Positions 51,640 to 64,000 of a stretch of DNA of 64,000 bases are shown here, one piece after another; position 1 is the first letter of the stretch; every line of letters starts with the position of its first letter. The notes under the pieces were generated by a model. The model was given only the letters and a program-made list of their open reading frames with translations, had not been told where the DNA came from and ran no database searches. Origin of the DNA: Owenia fusiformis (lineage: Eukaryota); NCBI GenBank assembly GCA_903813345.2, contig CAIIXF020000001.1, positions 33,046,001 to 33,110,000 of the forward strand, written 5' to 3'. The translations under genes were made by a program, and so were the position numbers.

Positions 51640-52960
51640 AATCCGCCCGGTGATCAGAAGAAATGAACGGAGGGGGAGTAGCTGATTTTCGGTTTTTAAG
51701 ATTTATTTTTTCAAGAGAAAGTTTACAATTGAATGGCTTAATGAATAGGCGCAGTGAACGGGGAAATATGTTAGGTCTTCTTGGATTTTTTTTTTGAACT
51801 GTGGAGTTCTAAGATAAAAGATCTATTTAAAAAAGTGCAGCGTCGCCAACGTGCAAATACCAATGTTTTTGCTAGAAATCAAGCAACAGGGGTCTATACG
51901 GCCTGTAATAAATACTCTTGTAAGTGAAGTAATTATCACGAAACTATTGTCATCGTTGGTTTTGTAAAACACGTTACCACATACGTTATATAAAAAGTAA
52001 TCGAAAATTATTAAAAATTATTAAAATTGAACGGAGGGGGAGTAATGTGTCTATAAGACATATGAAAAGAGATGTAACTTGACTTTATTTCCAATAACTC
52101 CATATGTCCCCATTTTTCACTTTTCAGAGTTGTAACATCAAGCTGTTACTGAGTTCATTTTTCAAGTACTCGAATTTCTTGGAAATTTCTTCCACCTTAA
52201 AGACATATTACTCCTCCCTCCGTTCACTCCCCCCTCCGTTCATTTTGAATTATTTTCGATTACTTTTTATCTATCATTTGGAAAATTATTCTAAAAAATG
52301 GCAATTTTGTGATAAAAACGTCGCTTATATATATTTATTACAGGTCCTGCAGACCATTGTTGCTTGATTTATAGCAAAAACATTGGCATTTGCATGTTGG
52401 CTACGCTGCGCCTTTTTTAATAGATCTTTAATCTTAGAACTCCATCAGTTCAAAAAAATCCAAGAAGACCTACGGCCATAAGAAATAGATTCTTTGTTTT
52501 GCGTCCTGGCAAAATCCAAATTATGCAAGGGTACAAGGAAAACAAACACAAACTCAAGAAAAAACACAAACTTGTTTGCTGAGAAATGAATACATTTCAA
52601 GGGCATACAAAGGGATGACATACCAATTTGTAGTGATATTTTATACAATATATTTAACAATATAGCTATTATTCAAGGGTAAAAAATAAGAAAATAAACT
52701 ATGTATGCCAAAGTAATCAATAACACTGTCAATTTTGACACACATCAAATTATCCCCCATTTTATCTGATTCTGATTGAACGAAATGCAATGGTACTTTC
52801 AGACCCTTGTGACTATTTGGATGTGTTTGTTTTTTCTGATTTACTCAAAATCGTGCAAGCAAGGGAATGCAAAACAAAGAATCTACTTCTTATGGCCTAA
52901 CATATAAAAATAAATCAGCTACTCCCCCCACCGTTCATATCTTCAGATCACCGGGCATGA
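51640..52960. mobile_element. Older relative of the CAC..GTG MITE at 23420, with a nested Zator-like MITE
   Basis: CGCCCGGTGATC ... GATCACCGGGCATG ends; nested GGCCATAAGAA ... TTCTTATGGCC at ~52474-52897, inserted at a TAA-like site. Confidence 0.55.
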
Positions 52961-53144
52961 GACTGTCAAATGCCATTGACTCTTCTTAACTTTGATGAAA
53001 AATAGGGTCACTATGGCTACTCGTGTTTCGGGTGTGTGGGATAAATCATTAAAATATTTGAGTATAAAGTGTTCATACAGTGCATGTTTTAATACAAGCA
53101 TCACAATGCTAATATAGCAAAAGGTGTTTATTTGGTCTTCAAAC

Positions 53145-56100
53145 TTAGTGGGGCCAGTTACCTGTTCGATTGCACTTGCTATATATAAAGCACCATTTTT
53201 TGACCAAAGTATCATTAATACATATAGTTTTGATATCTAACGAAGTGGTAATGAAAAGTGCCCCCATTTGATAATAGCAGCCCTTGAAAATTTTGCATTT
53301 TTACATTGAGCCCCATGTTAATTTATCAATCTTCTAAAGACCCCCTGCAGAACAATTCTAGAGTAATAAAGCCCATATTCCCAGTATGTTACAATTACAT
53401 AATTATCTTCAAATTAAGAAGGGTTAATTTTTTTCTTTTGCCTAGTTCCAGAGATATTGGCCTTTGAATTTTGGAAAATTCCCATTGACTACCATTATAA
53501 ACCGCTATCAATATGGCTTTAATAAAATGTCATTTTCTAAAAAAGTTTACTATGGAATTTTCTAATATTGCAGATTTCTATAGTTAATATATTGAATTAA
53601 GAAAATTCAAACAGACACATTTCTAAAAATTTCTTATTTTTGAAATATTAAGCTGTTAAGTTGCACAAGAAACTATAAAAAACCTATATTGAGCCCAATG
53701 TTAATTTAGCGATCTTCAAAGGCCCCCCTGCAGAACAGTTCTAGAGCAATAAAGCCCATATTCTTAGTATGTTACGATTATATGATTATCTTCAAAATAA
53801 TAGGGGTTAAATTTTTTATTTTCCCTAGTTCCAAAGATATTGACGTTTGAATTTTGGAAAATCTCCATTGGCTGCCATTATAAACCACTATCAACATGGC
53901 TTTACAAAAGTGTCCTTTTCTCAAAAAGTCCACTATGGAATTTTCTAATATTGCAGATTTCTATTGCTAATATAACGAATTTGAACAAATCAAACAGACA
54001 CATTTCTAAAAATTTCTTATTTTTGAAATATTTAGCCATTAAGTTGCACACAAAACTATAGAAAACCTGTATTGAGCCCCATGTTAATCTTAATCAATCT
54101 TCATAAGACCACCTGCAGAACGGTTCTAGAGAAATAAAGCCCATACTTCCAGTATGTTACAATTATATGATTATCTTCAAAATAAGAGGGGTTAAATTTT
54201 TTCTTTCGTCTCGTTCAAAAGATATTGCCGTTTGAATTTTAGAAAATACCCATTGGCTGCCATTTTAAACCACTATCAATATTGCTTTATTAAAGTGTCC
54301 TTTTCTCAAAAAGTCCACCATGGAATTTTCTAATATTGCAGATTTCTATAGTTAATATATTGAATTAAAAAAAATCAAACAGACTCATTTCTAAAAATTC
54401 CTTATTTTTGAAATATTTAGCTATTAAGTTACCCATGAAACTATAGAAAACCTGTATTGAGCCCCATGTTAATTCATCAATCTTCAAAAGACCGCCTGCA
54501 GAACAGTTCTAGAGTAATAAAGCCCATATTGCTATTATGTTCCAATAGCATGATTATCTTTAAAATAACTTTTTTATACGATTAAGATTATATACATTTT
54601 TAATACAATGAATTACTAAAACTTAATTATAAGTCTCGATAAGTCCCTGATAACTAAACTGTTATCATCACATCGTAAATGCTCTCAAAATGATTCAGTA
54701 AATCACATACTTTGAAAATGAATATACGGTACAATGTTTAAGACTTGTAATATCAGAAAGTTACGCTTCAAGTAAAATAGATATATTGACGTTGTTTTAT
54801 TCATACTTAATTGTTTCAAAATACAAAATGAATCCCTGTCAACATGTACAGTGATTATTTCATTACAAATAGCAAAAACCAGAAAAAAGATATAAGAAAC
54901 AGATTTGATCTTGCATCTTATAACTTTATTTCTTTATGGAATGATCTCCTTCAAAGAAATCCATAGCCAAAATAAATTAAAGTCGGATTATAAAAATAAA
55001 TAATCCAAAATTGCGGAAATAGCAGACATTTTGAATTGAACGGCCATATTGGAAATATCCCTCTCTAGCAGAGGTATTACGGTCTTACGGTCTATTAGGG
55101 CTATAATGGCATAAGCCTAAAACATTCTGACAGTATTTCAGTAAGTTATTGCTTAATTCAATATTATTTACTATAGAAATCTGCAATATTAGAAAATTCC
55201 AAACTTGACTTTTTGAGACAAGGACACTTTAGTAAAGCCATATTGATAGCGGTTTATAATGGCAGCCAATGGAGATTTTCTAAAATTCAAACGGCAATAT
55301 CTTTTGAACGAGGCAAAAGAAAAAATATAACCCCTCTTATTTTGAAGATACTAATCATATAATTGTAACATACTAGGGATATGGGCTTTATTACTCTAGA
55401 ACTGTTCTGCAGGTGGTCTTTTGAAGATTGATGAATTAACATGGGGCTCAATACAGGTTTTCAATAGTTTCATGCGCAACTTAATAGGCTAAATATTTCA
55501 AAAACATGACATTTTTAGAAATGTGTCTGTTTGATATCTTTTTAATGATACACTATTAACTATAGAAAGCTGCAAAATTAGAAAATTCCATAGTGGACTT
55601 TTTGAGAAAAGGACACTTTAGTAAAGCCATATTGATAGCGGTTTATAATGGCAGCCAATGGGGATTTTCCAAAATTCAAACGTCAATATCTTTTGAACTA
55701 GGCAAAAGAAAAAAATATACCCTTCATATTTTGAAAATAATCATATAATTGTAACATACTAGGAATATGGGCTTTACTCTAGAACTGTTCTGCAGGAGGT
55801 CTTTTGAAGATTGATGAATTAACATGTTGCTCAATACAGGTTTTCAATAGTTTCATGCGCAACTTAACGGCTAAATATTTCAAAAATAAGAAATTTTTAG
55901 AAATGTGTCTGTTTGATTTTTTTCAATTCAATGTATTAACTATAGAAATCTGCAATATTAGAAAATTCCATAGTGGACTTTTTGAGAAAAGGACACTTTA
56001 GTAAAGCCATATTGATAGCAGTTTATAATGGCAGCCAATGGAGATTTTCCAAAATTCAAACGGCAATATCTTTTGAACTAGGCAAAAGAAAAAAATTAAC

Positions 56101-56388
56101 CCTTCTTATTTTGAAGATAATCATATAATCGTAACATACTGGGAATATGCGCTTTATTACTCTAGAACTGTTCTGCAGGGGGTCTTTAGAAGATTGATAA
56201 ATTAACATGGGGCTCAATATAAATGTGCAAAATCTTCGAGGGCTGCTATTATTAACTGGGGCCACATTTCAATACCACTTCGTTAGATATTAAATATATA
56301 TGTATCAATGATACTTCTGTCAAAAAATTGTGCTTTATATATAGCAAGTGCAATTCTAGGGTTTTATTGTCCTAACTGATCCCACTAA
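53145..56388. repeat. Foldback structure whose arms are arrays of a ~384-bp satellite unit
   Basis: TTGAGCCCCATGTTAAT at about 53306/53690/54072/54457 and its reverse complement at about 55435/55818/56202; unique spacer ~54570-55150. Confidence 0.88.
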
Positions 56389-57027
56389 CTGTCATATGTT
56401 GGATTTCGGCTATTCATTGGGGATTTGAACAGATGCATATGATAGGCCAATGCATTAACTCCAGATCAAGCACTCATAGAGGTAATTAAATAATTTGTGG
56501 ACTTTGAGACAGGGAAGGTTTTTCCGAAATGTTGTCCTGATTTTCAGCCCTTTCCACATATGTTTTTTCAATGTTTGATGCACCAATATGTTGCACTTTG
56601 AGACACAGTTTTGAGACACAGTTAACCTCTAAAATATGATTCATTTGGGATAAAGTGGAAAACAATATTACCCTTGTTATTTTCCCATAGGGAAAACTCG
56701 TGTGATCCATTGTTTTCAGCTTAATTTTGGTCATCCAAAATTGATATCTGCATAAATCATATTTTCATTTAAAGATGTTTACCATGTCTCAAAACACAAC
56801 ATAGTGATCGATGCAACAAAAATTGAAAAAACAGGTGTGGAAAGGGCTGGAAATCAGGACAACATTACAGAAAAAACATGTTGATGGGGTGTTTGCACCT
56901 TCCCTGTCTTAAAGTCCAAATTATTTTATAATCTCTATGACTGCTTGTCCTGGAGTTAATACATTGGCCTATTCAACATGCACCTGTTCAAATCCTCAGA
57001 AAATAGCCAAAATCCAATATATGACTG
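56389..57027. mobile_element. Old long-TIR MITE
   Basis: ~170-bp diverged inverted arms (GTCATATGTTGGATTT ... AAATCCAATATATGAC). Confidence 0.55.
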
Positions 57028-57869
57028 AAATCTGTTGCGATACCGTCCGTGGTCCTTTAAAAGAAAGTTATTTCTAGTTCAAAGAGTAGTTTTATTCTCA
57101 TCAATACATCTTTGCCTTGAAATCATTCGTGAAACATGTGGTTTGACCTTTATGGAAATTTGCTTCATTTTGACACACCTTTGTTTAACTTATACTGTCT
57201 TTAAGGCTGCCTTATCTGAAACCCCGAAGTGTCTCTGTTTCAAATGTTTAAAAGATCAAGTCTCATCTTGCCTTTATTTCAAACTCTAGTCCAGACTCAA
57301 GTCCAATCAAAAATGAATCATCTACATAAAAGTTTGTGAAGTGCTTTATTTCTGAAACTGTTTTCAATAGTTAATATTTTCCAGGTAACTAAGCTTTACA
57401 AAATTATTGTGCATTGTGAATCTTCACTATCTATCTGATACATATTTTCCCCAGCAAACTTTATTTTCATAAAACACATGATGAATCTTTTATTCTACAT
57501 TCTCAATTTTTTGCATCAATTATGTTTCAAGGAATTGTTTCCCTGGCTCACTATGATGAATTCTATTGACATTAAAATAAGTCATGGGAAAGTAAGTCAT
57601 AAGAAAGAGGGACACCCATTCCAATGATGCAGGTTTTGTGCTTATTTTAAATATCTTAATGGTACTTTTACAGGTAATGTCTGTATCAAATTACAGAAAT
57701 GTTAAGTTAGTTTTTTTTGTCAAAGTAGGTTGTGAAATCACTAAAGAGAAGTCATGATTGAATCTTATACCATAAATGTGTTTAAATCAACTTGCTGAAA
57801 ATAAAATGTGGTCACAGCTTTTCTGAACATGCGGATGTACCCGAATGGTGTCTTATTCATAATGTAATA

Positions 57870-58831
57870 CAGGGTGACAAAAAAAAACTGGAACCCACTT
57901 AAGTCTTAATAACTTCGTCAATAATGCATATTGAGCTTAGTTATTTGGTACATGTATAGACAAGATGTCAAAGTTTTAGCATTATGGCTCAATTAGTCTC
58001 CAAATGAGGCACAATTAGATAATGTGCTCCAAATGTGCACCACAATGTTGGATGCAGAGCTGGATTCTTCTTGCAAAATTGTCAATGACCTGACTGCATT
58101 CATCTCTGTCTAATATCTCTCTAATTAGTCTTCCAAGTTGAATTTGAGGTCATCAATAGTCAGTGGACTATCTGTATACACATTATCCTTGAGATACCTC
58201 CACAGATAAAAATCTGGGGGTTCAAATCAGGGGAGTGGGGGGGCAGATGTGGCGGGTATGGTGACTGATTAATTGATCACCAAAGTGAGCCTGAAGCCAT
58301 CGAATGGACTCATTTGAGGTGTGGGGTGTGGCACCATCTTGTTGGAACCATTGCTGGTCCCTTCTCAAGTCACGTCGTCTACCCACCGCTCTCCAAAACT
58401 TTTGAACGTTAGGGATGTAACATTCTGAGTTGACTGTTGAGTTGTCTTGAGTTCTGACAGACCGCATTCTCCCCGAATAGGTTGGTTTACCATCACTTTT
58501 CTTCTTTGTTGGTTTTACAGTTCCTTCTGAATCAAACTTCTGTACAAGCCTAAAGATCTGTGACTTGCAAGGGGCTCTTCTTGCCCTGTGATCTCTCATA
58601 TAGGCAGTTTGTGTCTCTTTATGGGATTTTGTCTTGATATACTTTCTCACAATATAAGTCTTTTCTTCTGTCGTCCATGGCATGATTAATATCTAAGCTA
58701 CAGTACTCATTATTATGTCATTTTGTCATGCATTCAGTCTAGTTTCTACCCTGAAGAAATGAAGAATGTAGGTATAATACTTTCCGAGAAATTTTATGAT
58801 TTATGGGTTCCAGTTTTCATTTGTCACCCTG
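57870..58831 (-). mobile_element. Internally deleted Tc1/mariner, DD41D (rosa/Visitor-type)
   Basis: TA-CAGGGTGACAAA ... TTTGTCACCCTG-TA termini around a transposase remnant. Confidence 0.88.
58015..58683 (-). pseudogene. Transposase remnant with an internal deletion and a 1-nt frameshift
   Basis: N-terminus MPWTTEEKTYIV, then WFQQDGATPHT. Restoring one G gives WPPHSPDLNPPDFYLW, with 41 residues between the second and third Asp. Confidence 0.85.
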
Positions 58832-59282
58832 TAAATGAAATCATTGTGGTATGTATGTGGAGTCTATTTGCCTTATAATAATACATTTACTTTAGTACAT
58901 GGATTCTCTCCTAATATTATTTCCTTATAAATATCAAAACTTTAATCAACAGCAGTTTCAAAATTATCATATATTGTATTTCACCTGAACTTTTGTAAAA
59001 TATCGTATATGGTATAAGAGCTGTGAAAAATATTGTATATGGTATAAAAGGGGTGAAAATATATTGTATATGGTATAAAAGAGCTGAAAAATATTGTATA
59101 TGCATTTCCAAGACCCTCTATTAGTATGTATCCAACAGACCGAATATAATATTTATTCAGACGAAGGATACAGTCTAGACCCTCTATACACCCCCCCCCC
59201 CCTTAACATTTTAGGCTCTCCAGCTACGGCCTTATTTTTTACATCGGGCTGCCCATGCGTATTGGAGGGAGTGGATGGATTG

Positions 59283-59829
59283 TTATCGCATCCTACGACC
59301 CCTTTAGATTGTGGTCGTAGGCCCGTTTCATTCGTAAGCCTGTCTTTCTACAATGTCGGAGAATGAACTACACATTGCGCTATTAAATGACCTACCTCGA
59401 TACATTCCAGAGTATTTTAAAATTCTTTTTATGTTGTTAGATCGCCAATTGTATGGGTTTATCGTCAGAACGAAGAGATTTTAGTTTTTACATCGGAAAC
59501 ATCTCAGCAATTTTCAAAATGTTGGAAGGGGAATTCCCCAGGGATTTCCCGTATGACTGGAGCATGCCGGGAACTGAATGGAGAAATTTGACGGTTGAAC
59601 CTACACGCAAATATTGCTATCAAAAACGAAAATATCTTCGTTCTGCCGATAAACCCATACAATTTGCGATTCAACTATATGAAAAGAATTCTAAAATACT
59701 CAGGAATGTATCGAGGTAGGTCATTTATGTGTGCAATGCATAGTTCATTCTCCGACATTGTAGAAACACAGGCTTACTAATAAAATCGGGCCTACGACCA
59801 CAATCTAAAGGGGTCGTAGGATGCGATAA
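59283..59829. mobile_element. Long-TIR MITE with 9-bp TSD (Mutator-like)
   Basis: TTATCGCATCCTACGACCCC arms of ~200 bp; GATGGATTG duplicated at 59274-59282 and 59830-59838. Confidence 0.75.
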
Positions 59830-61289
59830 GATGGATTGGTAAATATTGTGACAAACACCTTTGAACTTTTCTTTTACTAAAGGTAGAGTATACCATTGAT
59901 AGTGCTGACTTTGTGACTGTGGCACTAAGGGGGGGGGGGGGGGTGTATAGGGGGTCTTGGAAGTCCATATACAATATTTTTCAGCCCTCTTATACCATAT
60001 ACAATATTTTTTCACCATATACAATATTTTTTGCCTCTCTTATACCATATACGATATTTTAGGTGAAATACAATATACGATAATTTTGAAACTGCTGTTG
60101 ATTAATGTTTGGATATTTATAAGGAAATAATATTAGGAGGGAATCCATGTACTACCAAATATATTATTATGAGGCAAATAGACTGCACAGTGCACATAAT
60201 TAGACCACAATAATTCCATTTTATACATTATCAACAATATTCATTTTGGACACAACCCCATGGTCAAAAATTCTGTAACTCCATATTATTGTCAAGTAGA
60301 CAAATTGTACAACTTAATGTACTTCTTTCTTATGACTTATGTCAATTGCATCCTTCATAGTGAGTCAGGGAAATGATTCTTCTTTCCTTGTGAACACAAT
60401 TGATTCAAAAATGAGAATGTGGAACCATGGGCTTTCAATTAGAAAGTTGAAAGCCCATGGTGGAATGAAAGACTGTATGATTCATCATGACATTGTATTC
60501 TTTAAAAAATAAAGTTTATTGCGGCAAAGTATGTACAAATAAATCTGTCAGGTAGATAGTGAAGATACAAAATGTACAATAATTTGGCAAAGCAGCCACT
60601 AACCTGTAAAAATGTTTTAAATGTTTGAAAATACAAAACAATATTACTGACTCCTTAAATAATTCATTTCCACATAGAAGTTTTGTTTGCCAGTTTCAAT
60701 AAAATGTTTAAAAATTGGTGACCTACTTCTTTTGAAACTACTGAAAGTAGATCACTGAAACTTCTCATTTTTAAACATCTCTACACTCTTGTCTTGTCTA
60801 TAAAGTGTATTCTTTGTGGACAATGTTGGATCAAGTTATTAATAATTGAAAGTAGCATGACTTCAATGAGGATTGCCAAAAACATACTGGCTTACCTTAA
60901 CAATAGTAAATAATAGTTAGCCTACATATAATATCAATTGATTTCATAATTATGTTCAGGGTGTTTCATGATGAATGTCCTCCCATCCAAAGTCAATCCT
61001 AGGTTATATACCTTTACAATCTTTATATCATAAAAAACCTTATACAGTATGGATTTATGGGTCACATACACATGTATCGTCATGATCGATAAATGGGAAC
61101 ATAATTTGTGAAGTTATGTTTGGAAGTAACTGTTGCATTTAGCAAGGTACAGTGTTGGTGTTTGAGAAAAGGTTGCATTTAGATTATGTATTTAGAAATG
61201 GGTACCTTTTTGTAGAGATGTTTAGCAACACTGATCAACTGAATCAGCTTTCACATGCTATATGATAGGTTATAAATTATAACAAGGCA

Positions 61290-62690
61290 TTAACATGACA
61301 AAATGTCACCACCTAAAACAATTTGGTCAATTTAAAGCAAGTTGGAAAATACCTTTTGACCTTAAGAAGGTTTGATTTGAACTTCTTAGAACATGTAGAT
61401 GATTTTGAAAAAAAGATTCGTCAATTTGAAGCAAGTTGAAAAAATACCTCTTTGACTTTTTTTGACATTGAGAAGGTCATTGAAGGTCGAATGTCAAATG
61501 TAAAGTCAGATTTGAACTTCTGAGAACATGTAGATGATTTTGAAAAAAAAATTAAGTAAATTTGAAGCAAGTTGAAAAAAGACCTTTTTGACCTTGAAAA
61601 GGTCATTGAAGGTCAAATGTCAAATCTAAAGTCAGATTTGAACTTCTGAGAACATGTAGATGATTTTGAAAAAAAAATTAGTCAATTTGAAGCAAGTTGA
61701 AAAAAGACCTTTTTGACCTTGAGAAGGTCATTGAAGGTCAAAGGTCAAATCTAAAGTCAGATTTGAACTTCTGAGAACTTTTAAAGTCAAATTTGAACTT
61801 CTGAAAAGATGTAGATGATTTTGAAAAAAAAAATTGGTCAATTTGAAGCAAGTTGAAACAGACCTTTTTGACCTTTTTTGACCTTGAGAAGGTCATTAAA
61901 GGTCAAATGTCAAATCTAAAGTCAGAATGAATTTCTGAGAACATGTAGATGATTTTGAAAAAAAAATTTGTCAATTTGAAGCAAGTTGAAAAAAGACCTT
62001 TTTGACCTTGAGAAGGTCATTGAAGGTCAAATGTCAAATCAGATTTGAATTTCTGAGAACACGTAGATGATTTTGAAAAAGATTTTTAGTCAATTTGAAG
62101 CAAGTTGAAAACAGACCTTTTTGACCTTTTTTACCTTGAGAAGGTTATTGAAGGTCAAATGTCAAATCTTAAGTCAAATCTTAAGTCAGATTTGAATTTC
62201 TGAGAACACGTAGATGATTTTGAAAAAAAATTTAGTCAATTTGAAGTAAGTTGAAAACAGACCTTTTTGACTTCTTTGACCTTGAGAAGGTAATTGAAGG
62301 TCAAATGTCAAATCTAAAGTCAGATTTGAAGGTCAAATGTCAAATCTAAAGTCAAATCTAAAGTCAGATTTGAATTTCTGAGAACATGTAGATGATTTTG
62401 AAAAAAAATTTAGTCAATGTGAAGCAAGTTGAAAAAAGACCTTTTTGACCTTGAGAAGGTCATTGAAGGTCAAATGTCAAATCTAAAGTCAGATTTGAAC
62501 TTCTGAGAACATGTAGATGATTTAGAAAAAAATTGAAGTCAGTCTAAACAGTATTTGTTAAGTTATAGTAAGTTGTAAGAAATTGTTACAGACGCCGGAC
62601 GCCAACCTCCAACCACCAACCGCCGTCGCAAAAAAACGGAGACCATAACAATATGTCACCACTTTTAGTGGTGACATAATTAGTGGTGAC
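61290..62690 (-). mobile_element. HINE-like element with ~10 tandem ~120-bp units
   Basis: ATGTCACCAC at 61303 and hairpin ATGTCACCACTTTTAGTGGTGACAT at 62653; unit contains TTGAAGCAAGTTGAAA..GACCTTGAGAAGGTCATTGAAGGTCA. Confidence 0.68.
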
Positions 62691-62759
62691 ATAATAAATA
62701 GTATTTATAAAGTTTAGAATCAAGTGAACATGTATGATGTAACTCAGGAATGATGATCA

Positions 62760-63533
62760 TTAATTTACATAATCATTAAGATATGAGGGTACCCTTGTCT
62801 GCCTTCTATTTCCTCGAGATACCCCTGTCACCTTTTTTTGCACTAAAGGTTCATCAATTTCATCATTTTCATCATCTGATGGTGTTTGGAATAAATTCTC
62901 ATATTCCTCAATAGTAAGGTTCAAAACACCCTCTTCATTAAACCTCATGTCTGAAAGAACTTCAACAACTTCCGTCAAATGGATGATGGTGTTTTCAGCT
63001 TGATGAAATGATGTAACATCTCTTTCTGTATTTTCAAGCCATTTGGCCTGAATCAATCTGTCATCGTCTGTTACCTCAATCGATACAACACATAGACGGA
63101 CCTCTCTTTGTGTTTTTACACATAATATTGAGTTTTTTGCGAATCTAGCTATAAGTTGTGGTGTGTTTTGACCTTTGAAGATATCATCCATTTCCATATT
63201 GACATATTCATGATCCTCCTTTACTGTTGGTGTAGAATAAGCGTACAGCGGAAGTGTACCAACTTTGTCTTTTGTAGTTTGACTTCGTATGGCCAGCTGC
63301 CGAACACCTTGAAGGTATGATTTTCTATAGTCTTGCAGGAGTTGTACTTCTCCAGGATCCAGATGATTATGCTCCTGCTTGGGAATTTGGGGCATTTTAT
63401 CAAGAGTCATGTGTATATTAGACGCCATTCGCTCGTAGTATTTTTCATTTGTATGATAAATAAATGGCAGATTGCCTGCTCTCATGATTAAATTATCCAC
63501 GGCGTGTGGGAACAGTCTACTAAAGTCAAGCAT
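62760..63533 (-). CDS. Uncharacterised 257-aa protein, probably the C-terminal part of a transposon-borne gene
   Basis: Uninterrupted 774-bp ORF in AT-rich DNA with protein-like composition and an acidic then basic tail; an in-frame stop lies 9 codons upstream. Confidence 0.6.
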   Translation of the reverse strand: MLDFSRLFPHAVDNLIMRAGNLPFIYHTNEKYYERMASNIHMTLDKMPQIPKQEHNHLDPGEVQLLQDYRKSYLQGVRQLAIRSQTTKDKVGTLPLYAYSTPTVKEDHEYVNMEMDDIFKGQNTPQLIARFAKNSILCVKTQREVRLCVVSIEVTDDDRLIQAKWLENTERDVTSFHQAENTIIHLTEVVEVLSDMRFNEEGVLNLTIEEYENLFQTPSDDENDEIDEPLVQKKVTGVSRGNRRQTRVPSYLNDYVN

Positions 63534-64000
63534 TTCTGTTGTGGTGCTAATGGCTATTCATATTAGGCATGTTTAATTGTTTTAGATAAAATATTTAGGT
63601 AACTGGTGACATATTAAGACTTCAGATTCCTTTAGATACCATATACCATATATTTCTCTTATACCATATACCATATTTTTTTCTTCTCTTATACCATATA
63701 CGACAAATTTTTTGTCTGACACGCCATATCCGGGGCGAAAATTGTCAAAATGGGGTTTTCGACCCTAAAATGGAAAATTACAGGGGGTACTTTATCATCA
63801 TTGAATAAATCGTTCTGTTAGTCTTCAATCATCATAATAATTTTATGGGGAGTTGATTGGATCATGCTGAGATAGTATGTAAAATGTCAATGCTCTGTCA
63901 CTCATGGTTGTCATGGAAACCACAATTTTTATTCAAAATATCCTTAATTTTGCAAAACCTGAACATGAACATCATGTAGAATATGGATTATTTTTGAATC

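Larger units (their letters stand above)
51255..59202. mobile_element. Large composite Kolobok-like element A with G-run/C-run termini
   Basis: TTAA(C)GGGG..GTGTATAGGG start and CCCTCTATACACCCC..TTAA end; ~30-bp subterminal ATATCGTATATGGTATAAGAG repeats; contains nested insertions. Confidence 0.5.
59929..63715. mobile_element. Kolobok-like element B, inverted relative to element A; right terminus not reached
   Basis: 59929-60610 is the reverse complement of A's right part; 63626-63710 is the reverse complement of A's left subterminal region (51320-51415). Confidence 0.5.

Noticed and set aside
58222..58683. Active transposase
   Set aside because: The region with the first catalytic Asp is deleted and there is a frameshift before the third Asp.

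Overview
AT-rich, intron-containing, repeat-dense DNA from an animal genome. The repeat types resemble those of marine invertebrates, but that placement is only an inference. Two host genes are supported. (1) On the + strand, the last three coding exons of a Cys-type, ER-retained glutathione peroxidase (GPx7-like, C-terminal HSEL). (2) On the - strand, a complete three-coding-exon PXYLP1/ACPL2-like histidine acid phosphatase, with a probable non-coding first exon near 45.4-45.55 kb. Most of the rest is mobile DNA. There are two nearly identical CR1/L2-group LINE copies facing tail-to-tail; the longer one is preceded by an ORF resembling the IMPACT/YigZ (UPF0029) domain. There are also many Helentron-type non-autonomous elements (HINE/DINE-like) carrying internal tandem arrays, and a decayed DD41D Tc1/mariner. 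A series of nested MITEs have termini and TSDs pointing to Kolobok, piggyBac, Mutator, hAT-like, Transib-like, Zator and Harbinger-like families. Long palindromes and satellites are common, and an unassigned 257-aa ORF lies inside a Kolobok-like element. All family assignments come from reading motifs by eye; no database searches were run.
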